A stretch of DNA of 64,000 nucleotides from Fusobacteriales bacterium (GTDB lineage: Bacteria > Fusobacteriota > Fusobacteriia > Fusobacteriales > Fusobacteriaceae), in NCBI GenBank assembly GCA_020063625.1, contig JAICDD010000003.1, forward strand, positions 16,833-80,832, read 5' to 3'. Below are positions 41,909-50,262 of this stretch, in pieces (positions within the stretch are counted from its first letter, which is position 1; each line of letters opens with the position of its first letter). Under the pieces are notes generated by a model. The model was not told the origin of the DNA, did no database searches, and saw nothing but the letters and a program-made list of their open reading frames with translations. Made by a program: the position numbers and the translations under genes.

Positions 41909-43187
41909 TAGAAAAAAATTAGAATTATTAACTATAAAAAAATTAATTAAAGAATATTCATTTTTAGAAGATTATTTTAAAGATAATTTAATAAATATTG
42001 AAAATAAACAAGATTTAACTCTTATTCAACTTCTTGATTCAATTGATAAAATAGAAAAAGAAGAAAATACTATTGATGATAATCAAATAATTGAAAATAT
42101 TATTGATTATACAAATCAAATGATAGAATTTCTTGGAATGGAAGATAATAAAGTAAAAACACTTACAATTTATCCAGGATATAATAAATATGGTGAAAAA
42201 GAAAATTATGATAAAATCGATGTACATGCTGGAGAAATAATCTGCATTGTAGGACCTACTGGAAGTGGAAAGAGTAGATTACTTGCTGATATAGAATGGG
42301 CTGCTCAAGGAGATACTCCTACAAAAAGAATTATTCATATAGATAATAATCCTGTTGATATAGCAAATAGATTTTCAGCTGGAAATAAACTTGTAGCTCA
42401 ATTATCTCAAAATATGAATTTTGTAATGGACCTTACTGTATATGAATTTTTAAAACTTCATGCTCAAAGTAGAATGGTTGAAAATGATGAAGAGATAGTT
42501 GAAAAAATTATTATAAAAGCTAATGAACTTGCTGGAGAAAAATTTACTAGAGATACACCTATTACAAGTCTTAGTGGTGGTCAATCAAGAGCTCTTATGA
42601 TAGCTGATACTGCAATATTAAGTAGTTCTCCTATTGTTCTTATAGATGAAATTGAAAATGCTGGAATTGATAGAAAAAAAGCACTTGAATTATTAGTAGG
42701 AGAAGAAAAAATAGTAATAATGGCTACTCATGACCCTATTTTAGCACTTATGGGAAATAAAAGAATTGTTATAAATAATGGTGGTATTGCTAAAATTATT
42801 GATGTCACAGAAAAAGAAAGAAGTATTTTATCAGAACTTGAAAAACTTGATAAAATTATGCAAGATATGAGAAATAAATTAAGATATGGTAAAGAAATAA
42901 CTTTAGATAAACAATATAAATTAAAAAAAATATTAGGAGGTATAAATATGCATGAAGGATGCTCTGGAAAATTTGAAAGTGGAAAACAAATAGTAGATAA
43001 ACTAAGAATGATGGGCTTTGAAAGACAAGCTATGCCTTTACCTGTACAAATTGATTGTGAATGTAGTGAAAGCTTTATAATGGAAACTTTTGAATCTAAA
43101 TGTCCACACTGTGGAATGGTATATGGTGTTACTCCATGTCATGCCTTTGATAAAAATAATATTATGGCTGCTGGAAAAGATTATTAA
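41892..43187 (+). CDS. ABC ATPase fused in frame to a Cys/His-rich domain
   Basis: GPTGSGKS, LSGGQ, LIDEIE, ATHD; C-terminal 79 aa with 6 Cys. Confidence 0.85.
   Translation: MMTMLNRKKLELLTIKKLIKEYSFLEDYFKDNLINIENKQDLTLIQLLDSIDKIEKEENTIDDNQIIENIIDYTNQMIEFLGMEDNKVKTLTIYPGYNKYGEKENYDKIDVHAGEIICIVGPTGSGKSRLLADIEWAAQGDTPTKRIIHIDNNPVDIANRFSAGNKLVAQLSQNMNFVMDLTVYEFLKLHAQSRMVENDEEIVEKIIIKANELAGEKFTRDTPITSLSGGQSRALMIADTAILSSSPIVLIDEIENAGIDRKKALELLVGEEKIVIMATHDPILALMGNKRIVINNGGIAKIIDVTEKERSILSELEKLDKIMQDMRNKLRYGKEITLDKQYKLKKILGGINMHEGCSGKFESGKQIVDKLRMMGFERQAMPLPVQIDCECSESFIMETFESKCPHCGMVYGVTPCHAFDKNNIMAAGKDY
42948..43187 (+). CDS. 79-aa Cys-rich metal-binding protein (internal in-frame start)
   Basis: AGGAGGT RBS (42935-42941) then ATG 42948; MHEGCSG...CECS...CPHCGMVYGVTPCH. 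Confidence 0.7.
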   Translation: MHEGCSGKFESGKQIVDKLRMMGFERQAMPLPVQIDCECSESFIMETFESKCPHCGMVYGVTPCHAFDKNNIMAAGKDY

Positions 43188-43216
43188 AAAAGATTGGCAT
43201 TTAGCCAATCTTTTTT
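43186..43216. terminator. bidirectional intrinsic terminator
   Basis: AAAAAAGATTGGC-attta-GCCAATCTTTTTT. Confidence 0.85.
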
Positions 43217-43286
43217 AGTCTATATCATTTATCATTGAAATTACCATAAATGCTAATGTTTTCCAAACTCTTTTTAAAAATTTCAT
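43215..43286 (-). CDS. 23-aa small protein (MKFLKRVWKTLAFMVISMINDID)
   Basis: Not in the ORF track. AGGAAGGTG RBS; promoter TTGACA (43335-43330)-N17-TATCTT; ends at the bidirectional terminator. Confidence 0.6.
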   Translation of the reverse strand: MKFLKRVWKTLAFMVISMINDID

Positions 43287-43405
43287 ATTATCACCTTCCT
43301 TTATATAAGATACTATATTTTTTTTATCTTGTCAACCAATTGATTTTTTTTGCAAAATATGCTAATATTAATCATATAGTTTCGTTTTAGTACTTAGGAG
43401 GGATT

Positions 43406-44215
43406 ATGTTTAGTCATTTATTAAAGGGGAAAAATAGTAAAACAGAGGTTTTAATAAGAAAAAATAATATATTAAAAAAAGAAAATGAACAATTAAAAAA
43501 TGAATTATATGCATTAAAACATAGAAAAGAAAAGATATTTTCAATTATTTCTCATGATTTAATGGGGCAAATTGCTACTTATAACAACTTAGTCGAATAT
43601 TTATTAATGAAAATGTATAATGAAGATGTAGAAAAAAAATATATTGAACGCGCATTATTGCAATTAAAAGAATCATCAAAAACCACTTATAATTTATTAG
43701 AAAATTTATTATATTGGGCAAAATCTCATCTTAATCAAATTGAATTTAATCCAAATGAATTTGAATTAAGAGAAGCTATTACTAGTCAAATGAAAATTCT
43801 TAAATTAAATGCAGAAAGTAAAAATATATCATTAAATAGTTCTATAGATAAAGATATTTATATGGTTACTGATGAAAATATGTTAAAAACCATTATTCGA
43901 AACCTTCTTTCAAATGCTATAAAATTTACTGAAAACGATGGAAAAATTGAAATTTTAGCTGAGAAAAATGATGATTATGTAACTATTACAATAAAAGATT
44001 CTGGTGTAGGTATATCTGAAAAAAAAATAAATAAAATATTAAATAATTTTAAATTTTCTAGTACAAGTGGTACAAATGGAGAAAATGGCACTGGCCTCGG
44101 TCTTATTTTATGTATTGATTTTATTAAAAGATTAGGTGGAGATTTAAAAATTTCTAGCATTGTTGATATTGGCAGTTCATTTAGTTTTACTATTCCCATT
44201 ATAAAAAAATTTTAA
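43406..44215 (+). CDS. cytoplasmic histidine kinase with no evident sensor domain
   Basis: SIISHDL H-box, RNLLSNAIKF, DSGVGI, GTGLGL; no TM. Confidence 0.88.
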   Translation: MFSHLLKGKNSKTEVLIRKNNILKKENEQLKNELYALKHRKEKIFSIISHDLMGQIATYNNLVEYLLMKMYNEDVEKKYIERALLQLKESSKTTYNLLENLLYWAKSHLNQIEFNPNEFELREAITSQMKILKLNAESKNISLNSSIDKDIYMVTDENMLKTIIRNLLSNAIKFTENDGKIEILAEKNDDYVTITIKDSGVGISEKKINKILNNFKFSSTSGTNGENGTGLGLILCIDFIKRLGGDLKISSIVDIGSSFSFTIPIIKKF

Positions 44216-44266
44216 TTAAAAAACGAGTTCTTTAGTATTAATTCAGTATTAAGAACTCGTTTTAAT
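44214..44266. repeat. REP-like palindrome copy between convergent kinases
   Basis: AAAAACGAGTTCTT-(long loop)-AAGAACTCGTTTT; overlaps the stop of the minus-strand kinase. Confidence 0.78.
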
Positions 44267-45661
44267 TTTTTTAAATATAATTTTAAATTCCATTCCTTTT
44301 TTATCTTCATTATATATAAATGAATATTTATTTTTATGATTATCTAATATTTTTTTTATTATAGATAATCCAAGTCCTGTCCCTCCATAACTTCTTTTTC
44401 TTGATTTATCTTTTTTATAAAATGGTTCCCATAACTTTTCTACCTCTTCATTATCTATTTTTTCACTACTATTAAACACTATTAACTCAATATCTTTTTC
44501 TTTATTTAATGCTTCTATATAAAAAATTTTTTCATCTTTTATATTACCTATTGCATTTGTAATAATATTTATTAATAAAGTTTCAAAATCTGTCTTAGTA
44601 TAATAAATATCTATGCTTTTATCTATATTTATATCTTTTTTTATATTATTATTTATAAAATCTACTTCAAATTTTTTTAAAATATTATTAATAAATTCTT
44701 TTAAATTTATTTGTTCAAGTTTTTTTTCATTTATTTTTTCATTTTTTACTACTTCTATAAGTTTTTTTACCATTTCTTCCATTCTATTTGTTTCATTTAA
44801 GATAATATCATAATATTCATCTTTCTCTTCAGTAATATCATCTTTTAATCCTTCTGTATATGCTTTAATTAATGCTATTGGGGTTTTCAATTCATGACTT
44901 ACATTTTTTAAAAATTCATCTCTACTCTCTTTTTCTTTTTCCAAAGATTTTGTTAAATCACTTAATTTTTTAAAATTTATTTCAAGTTCATTTGCTAAAT
45001 AATTAAAAGCATCTCCTAGTTTTTCTAATTCATCTCCTGTTTTCAATTCAACTCTTTTAGAAAAATCAAGTTTAGCTAAATCATTACTAAAATCTATAAG
45101 TTTATTAATTGGTTTGGATAATCTTTTTATATAATAAAAGTTAATAAAACTCATTGAAAATATTACAATAAAAATTATTATTAAAAACAATTCATTTGCT
45201 ATTTTTGAATTTTCTTTAATTTTATTAATTGGAAAACTCATAACTAAATAACTATCATTATATTTTAATACCCCTACTATTTCACTATATCCAAAAGGCA
45301 TATTATAATAACTATCTACTACATAATTTTTATTATTATTTAGTTTTTCAATTAAATTATTAATAACATAATTTTTCATCATCATGTTATTTCTCATCAT
45401 TCCCATTCCCATACGAGAATTATTATTTGTAATATTTTTTCTTTTTATTATAGATATATTAAATTCACCATTATAATTCTCTATTTCGTTTATATTTTTA
45501 GATAGATAATCTAACTCTTTTTCTATTTTTTGTTTATATTTATAAATATAATATCTATCTAAAAACAGTTTATTTAATAAAATTAAAGATATTATTGTAA
45601 AAAACAATATTAAAGAAAATGTAAAAAACATTTTCATACTAAATTTATTTTTTTTATTCAT
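44249..45661 (-). CDS. HAMP-domain sensor histidine kinase with Met-rich extracytoplasmic loop
   Basis: 2 TM; SRMGMGMMRNNMMM loop; NVSHELKTPI; YGGTGLGLSI. Confidence 0.93.
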   Translation of the reverse strand: MNKKNKFSMKMFFTFSLILFFTIISLILLNKLFLDRYYIYKYKQKIEKELDYLSKNINEIENYNGEFNISIIKRKNITNNNSRMGMGMMRNNMMMKNYVINNLIEKLNNNKNYVVDSYYNMPFGYSEIVGVLKYNDSYLVMSFPINKIKENSKIANELFLIIIFIVIFSMSFINFYYIKRLSKPINKLIDFSNDLAKLDFSKRVELKTGDELEKLGDAFNYLANELEINFKKLSDLTKSLEKEKESRDEFLKNVSHELKTPIALIKAYTEGLKDDITEEKDEYYDIILNETNRMEEMVKKLIEVVKNEKINEKKLEQINLKEFINNILKKFEVDFINNNIKKDINIDKSIDIYYTKTDFETLLINIITNAIGNIKDEKIFYIEALNKEKDIELIVFNSSEKIDNEEVEKLWEPFYKKDKSRKRSYGGTGLGLSIIKKILDNHKNKYSFIYNEDKKGMEFKIIFKKIKTSS

Positions 45662-45675
45662 TTTTTCTCCTTGTT

Positions 45676-46344
45676 TTACTCTTTAAAAGAAAACATATAC
45701 CCATATCCTCTTACTGTTTCAATATAATTATTACTTAATTTTTTCCTAAGTTTTTTAATATGTGTATCTACTGTTCTTATATCTCCAAAAAAAACATATC
45801 CCCATATATTATTTAATATTTTTTCTCTTGATAAAACTATATTTTTATTTTCTACTAAATATAGTAAAAGTTCATACTCTTTTGGTGATAAATTTAATAA
45901 ACTCTCATTATAATATACTCTATGTGCATCTTTATCAATTAATAATTTATCTATTTCTAGTTTATTATCTTTTTTTAATTCCATATCTTTTTTAAAGATT
46001 CTATTTATTTTAGCTACCAATACTCGAGGACTAAATGGTTTTGTTATATACTCATCAGCTCCAAGTTCAAATCCAAATATCTCATCATTATCTTTATCTC
46101 TAGCTGTCAACATAAGAATATATACTTCTTTATTTTTATTTCTAATTTGTTTACATACACTCCAACCATCTATTTTAGGAAGCATTATATCTAATATTAC
46201 TAAGTCTATATTATTATCAAAAAATTTATTTAATCCTTCTTCACCATCTTCAGCTTCAATAATTTCATAATTTTCTCTTATTAAATAATCTTTTATAATT
46301 TTTCGCATATTTTTTTCATCTTCAATAATAAGTATTTTTTTCAT
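45676..46344 (-). CDS. OmpR/PhoB-family response regulator
   Basis: ILIIEDE, LDIMLP, KPFSP, wHTH (RTVDTHIKKLRKKL, TVRGYGY); start moved to the ATG after GAGGTG. Confidence 0.95.
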   Translation of the reverse strand: MKKILIIEDEKNMRKIIKDYLIRENYEIIEAEDGEEGLNKFFDNNIDLVILDIMLPKIDGWSVCKQIRNKNKEVYILMLTARDKDNDEIFGFELGADEYITKPFSPRVLVAKINRIFKKDMELKKDNKLEIDKLLIDKDAHRVYYNESLLNLSPKEYELLLYLVENKNIVLSREKILNNIWGYVFFGDIRTVDTHIKKLRKKLSNNYIETVRGYGYMFSFKE

Positions 46345-46361
46345 TTCGCACCTCATACAAA

Positions 46362-46401
46362 ATATAATAGAGTGAAAATTTATTTTCTCACTCTATTATA
46401 T
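46362..46401 (-). terminator. hairpin/terminator between the SHOCT gene and the response regulator
   Basis: ATATAATAGAGTGA/TCACTCTATTATAT 14-bp stem. Confidence 0.65.
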
Positions 46402-46405
46402 CATA

Positions 46406-46630
46406 TTATAAATCTTTTTTCATTTCTTCATACTCTTCTTTTGTTATTTCACCTTTTGCATATCTTTCTTTTAGTATATCTAATGGTGTTCTATTTCTAA
46501 AAATTTCTTTATTTCCATTTTTATTTATAAGATAAAATATTACTCCTATTATTACTATCCAAAATATTATCATCATTATTCCTTGACCTCCAAACATACT
46601 ATAACATCCACTATTAAAAAATCTCCACAT
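46406..46630 (-). CDS. small membrane protein with SHOCT domain
   Basis: One TM, then LDILKERYAKGEITKEEYEEMKKDL. Confidence 0.85.
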   Translation of the reverse strand: MWRFFNSGCYSMFGGQGIMMIIFWIVIIGVIFYLINKNGNKEIFRNRTPLDILKERYAKGEITKEEYEEMKKDL

Positions 46631-46641
46631 TTTTTTCACCT

Positions 46642-47109
46642 CTATTTAGTTAATTCTTTTTTCATTTCTTCATATTCTTCTTTTGTTATCTCTCCAGCTG
46701 CATATCTTTCTTTTAATATATCTAATAGCTCTATCATTTCTATAATAATTTTCTCCCATCATTCCACCATTTCCCATCATTCCAAATCCATATCCTTCAA
46801 GATAATTTATTGCCATATTTATATGTGCAAATTTTAAATGTTCACTACCTTCTCCACCCATCATTTTATCCATAAATTCATGTCTTTCTTCATCTGGTAC
46901 CATTACTTCCATTACTAAATCTCCTAATTCTTCTAATTCTTTATCAGTTAATTTTTTATAATTTAATTTTTCTGTGTCTTTTAAGCCATATTTTTCTTTT
47001 AGCTCTTATTGTATCCTCTACCTGACATCATTCCAATTCCTCTTGAAGCATATGTTGTAGTAACTGCTGCTAATATTAATACTGATATTATAAATAATCT
47101 TTTTTTCAT
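46642..47109 (-). pseudogene. frameshifted secreted Met/His-rich protein with C-terminal SHOCT domain
   Basis: Frame 1: signal peptide 47109-46999 (MKKRLF...GIGMMSGRGYNKS*). Frame 2: HEFMDKMMGGEG...GMMG. Frame 3: LLDILKERYAAGEITKEEYEEMKKELTK*. Confidence 0.75.
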
Positions 47110-47166
47110 TTTTCTCACTCCTTTTTATATTTATTATTTTCTCTTATGTTATAATAATACTCTATC

Positions 47167-47188
47167 TTTGTGACCATTTTGTGACCAT
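47167..47188 (-). promoter_or_regulatory. OmpR/PhoB-type tandem binding site
   Basis: Perfect 11-bp direct repeat TTTGTGACCAT x2 (ATGGTCACAAA on the minus strand) at the -35 position of the Met-rich operon. Confidence 0.7.
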
Positions 47189-47208
47189 TAAAAGAAAATT
47201 TAATAAAC

Positions 47209-47250
47209 AAAAAACGAGCTCTTTTATATCAAGAACTCGTTTAGTTAATT
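47209..47250. repeat. REP-like palindrome copy
   Basis: AAAAAACGAGCTCTT-ttatatc-AAGAACTCGTTTAG. Confidence 0.78.
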
Positions 47251-47272
47251 ACTTATAATATTTTTATTCTAT

Positions 47273-48127
47273 TTATAATCTATTATTTTTAAATGATAGT
47301 AATGTATTTTTCATAAGCATAGTTACAGTCATAAGTCCTACACCACCAGGTACAGGAGTTATTTTGCTAACTTTATCATATACATCATCAAAATCTACAT
47401 CTCCACATAATTTGTTATTTTCATCTCTATTCATTCCTACATCAATAACTACTGCTCCTTCTTTTACCATATCTTTTTTTATAAATTTAGCAATTCCTAC
47501 AGCTGATATCAATATATCTGCTTTTTTAGTTTTTTCTGCTAAATCTTTAGTTCTACTATGACAGACTTGTACAGTAGCGCTTTCTCCTATAAGAAGAGAT
47601 GCCATAGGTTTACCCACTATATTACTTCTTCCTACTATTACTGCATCTTTTCCTGCTATTTCTATATTTTCTCTCTTTAACATTTCTATTATTCCATATG
47701 GTGTACATGATTTAAATCCTGTTTTATCTCCAATAAGAGTTTTACCCACATTTATTGGATGAAAACCATCTACATCTTTTTTATACGAAATAGCATCAAT
47801 TATTTTTTGTTCAGAAATATGTTTTGGAATAGGCAGTTGCACTAATATTCCATCTATATTTTCTTTTTCATTTAATGTCTGAATTAATCTTAGTAATTCT
47901 TCTTCTGTTGTTTCTTCTGACAAATGATATTTTTCAGAAAAAATCCCTAATTCTTCACATGTTCTTATTTTAGAGCCTACATATACTTTTGAAGCTTGAT
48001 TTTCTCCTACTAATACTACTGCAAGTCCTGGAACTTTTCCTGTTTTTTCTTTTAGTTCTGTTACTTCTTTTTTTATCTCCTCTTTTATAGCGCTTGAAAT
48101 TTTTCTCCCATCAATTATTTTCTCCAT
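47273..48127 (-). CDS. folD: methylenetetrahydrofolate dehydrogenase/cyclohydrolase
   Basis: [38 protein letters not shown]. Confidence 0.97.
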   Translation of the reverse strand: MEKIIDGRKISSAIKEEIKKEVTELKEKTGKVPGLAVVLVGENQASKVYVGSKIRTCEELGIFSEKYHLSEETTEEELLRLIQTLNEKENIDGILVQLPIPKHISEQKIIDAISYKKDVDGFHPINVGKTLIGDKTGFKSCTPYGIIEMLKRENIEIAGKDAVIVGRSNIVGKPMASLLIGESATVQVCHSRTKDLAEKTKKADILISAVGIAKFIKKDMVKEGAVVIDVGMNRDENNKLCGDVDFDDVYDKVSKITPVPGGVGLMTVTMLMKNTLLSFKNNRL

Positions 48128-48146
48128 TAAAGCAAAATCCTCCTAT

Positions 48147-48776
48147 TTATTTTAAAACTCTTTCTTTCCAATAGTTTAATTCTTGTAATTTTGCATATAA
48201 GTCTATATTTTCTACTACAACATTTTCTGGTACATCTAATTTTATTGGTGCAAAATTAAGTATTGCTTTTATTCCACATTTTACTAAATAATCTGTAAGT
48301 TCTTGTGCTACTGATTTTGGTACAGTAATAATTGCAATATTTACATCCTCTTTTCTACTTATAAAATGTTCTAATTCTTTTATATCTCTTATTTTAATTC
48401 CATTTACTTCTGTTCCTATTTTATTTTCAGAATTATCAAAAATTCCTACAATATTAAAACTCTCTTTTGTAAATTCAGGCTCTGAAAACAATGCATTTCC
48501 TAATCTTCCCATTCCTACAATAATTACATTATTAGTTTTATGTACTCCTAATATTTTTTCAATATCTGCATAAAGATTTCTTACTTGATATCCTTTTCCT
48601 CTAATTCCAAATTCTCCAAAATTAGATAAATCTTTTCTTACTTGCGCAGCTGTAAATCCCATTTTGTCTGCTAATTCTTCAGATGAAATATAATCCTCTT
48701 GTGGAAGATTCTCTAAACATCTTAAATATTTTGTTAATCTCTCAATTACCTTTGGTGATATTCTTTCTTCTTTCAT
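48147..48776 (-). CDS. rex: redox-sensing transcriptional repressor Rex
   Basis: VIERLTKYLR, QVRKDLSNFGEFG.RGKGY, VGMGRLG, ILNFAP. Confidence 0.96.
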   Translation of the reverse strand: MKEERISPKVIERLTKYLRCLENLPQEDYISSEELADKMGFTAAQVRKDLSNFGEFGIRGKGYQVRNLYADIEKILGVHKTNNVIIVGMGRLGNALFSEPEFTKESFNIVGIFDNSENKIGTEVNGIKIRDIKELEHFISRKEDVNIAIITVPKSVAQELTDYLVKCGIKAILNFAPIKLDVPENVVVENIDLYAKLQELNYWKERVLK

Positions 48777-48797
48777 TAATAATTACCTCCAATCATT

Positions 48798-49730
48798 TTA
48801 ATTCAATCTATTACATAATTCAAAATAATTTCCATTTATTATATCTTTTCCAGAAATAGTTCTTTTATTTTCTGGTTTAATTTTTGTCAGTATAACAGCT
48901 CCATCTTTTACTTTTACAATAGGTCCTCTTTTTTTATCAAGTTCTACTATTTCTCCTATTTTAGCATTTTCATATATTTTGTCATACTCTTCTACTCTAT
49001 ATAATTTAAAAATCTTATTATTAAATGTAAAAAAAGCTCCTGGAAAAGGATCAAGTCCTCTTACAAAATTAAAAATCTCTCTTTTACTTTTATTCCAATC
49101 TATTTTTGTCTCCTCTTTAGATATTGGTTTTACAAAAGTAGCTTCTTCATGATTTTGAGGAGTTCTAATAGCTTTTCCCTCTTCTATTAGTTTAATAGCT
49201 TCTAAAAGAGTTTTAGCTCCTATTTCTGCTAATCTATCATGTACACTTTCTAAATTATCTTCATCTGTTATCTCTGTTTTAGCTTGTAATATTATATCTC
49301 CAGCATCAAGTTCTTCTGCAATATCCATTATAGTTACTCCTGTTTCTTTTTCACCATTAATTATAGCATAATGAATTGGTGCTGCTCCTCTATATTTAGG
49401 AAGAAGCGAAGAATGTACATTTATTGTTCCATATTTTGGTATCTCTATAAGTTCATTTGGTAATATTTTACCATAAGCTACTACTACTATAATATCTGGA
49501 TTTAATTCTTTTATTTTATCTATTACTTCTTTAGTTTTTACTGATTTTACTTGATATATATCTATATTATTATCAAGTGCATATTGTTTTACAGGATTAA
49601 ATTTTATTTTTTTCCCTCTTTGATTTGGTTTATCTATCTTTGTAAATACTCCTATTATTTCATGATGCTTATTTAAAATATCAAGTGAAGGAACTGCAAA
49701 CTCTGGTGTTCCCATAAAAAGTATTCTCAT
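48798..49730 (-). CDS. fmt: methionyl-tRNA formyltransferase
   Basis: FMGTPEFA, NVHSSLLPKYRGAAPI, LDAGD. Confidence 0.97.
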   Translation of the reverse strand: MRILFMGTPEFAVPSLDILNKHHEIIGVFTKIDKPNQRGKKIKFNPVKQYALDNNIDIYQVKSVKTKEVIDKIKELNPDIIVVVAYGKILPNELIEIPKYGTINVHSSLLPKYRGAAPIHYAIINGEKETGVTIMDIAEELDAGDIILQAKTEITDEDNLESVHDRLAEIGAKTLLEAIKLIEEGKAIRTPQNHEEATFVKPISKEETKIDWNKSKREIFNFVRGLDPFPGAFFTFNNKIFKLYRVEEYDKIYENAKIGEIVELDKKRGPIVKVKDGAVILTKIKPENKRTISGKDIINGNYFELCNRLN

Positions 49731-49739
49731 AGTTTCCTC

Positions 49740-50249
49740 CTATTTAGAATTTTTTAATGTTTCTCTTTTTAATTTCTGTAATTTATTAGAAACTAATCTT
49801 TTTGCTACAGGTGATATTTTATCTACAAAAAGTACCCCTTCTAAATGATCATATTCATGTTGGAAAGCTCTAGCTAATAATCCATCTGCTTCTTCAACTA
49901 CTTCTTCACCATTTTCATTTAAATACTTTATTTTAAGCGATTCAGGTCTTTTTACTTTTTTATACACTCCTGGAATACTCAAACATCCTTCTTCTTGTTC
50001 TACTAATTTTTCAGAAAATTCTAAAAATTCAGGATTGACTACTTTTCTTATATTCCCATCACCTATATCAAGAACAAAAGCTCTAATATTTACTCCAACT
50101 TGTGGTGCTGCTAATCCTACTCCTTGTGCATTTTGCATAGTTTCTACCATATTATTTAAAAGATTTTTTATTTCATCATCAATTCTTTCTATCTTTTTTG
50201 ATTTTTCTCGAAGTACATTACTTCCATATTTTACTATATCCATTATCAT
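49740..50249 (-). CDS. def: peptide deformylase
   Basis: GVGLAAPQ, EGCLS, QHEYDH; start moved to the ATG after GGAGGT. Confidence 0.96.
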   Translation of the reverse strand: MIMDIVKYGSNVLREKSKKIERIDDEIKNLLNNMVETMQNAQGVGLAAPQVGVNIRAFVLDIGDGNIRKVVNPEFLEFSEKLVEQEEGCLSIPGVYKKVKRPESLKIKYLNENGEEVVEEADGLLARAFQHEYDHLEGVLFVDKISPVAKRLVSNKLQKLKRETLKNSK

Positions 50250-50262
50250 TTTTACCTCCATA

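Noticed and set aside
43187-44249. Plus-to-minus gene-orientation switch as a replication terminus
   Set aside because: Orientation also flips at 1.5 and 7.8 kb, no convincing dif is nearby, and skew cannot be computed here
47167-47188. TTGTGA-containing repeat as a Rex operator
   Set aside because: Rex sites are inverted repeats (TTGTGAA-N4-TTCACAA); this is a direct repeat beside an OmpR system
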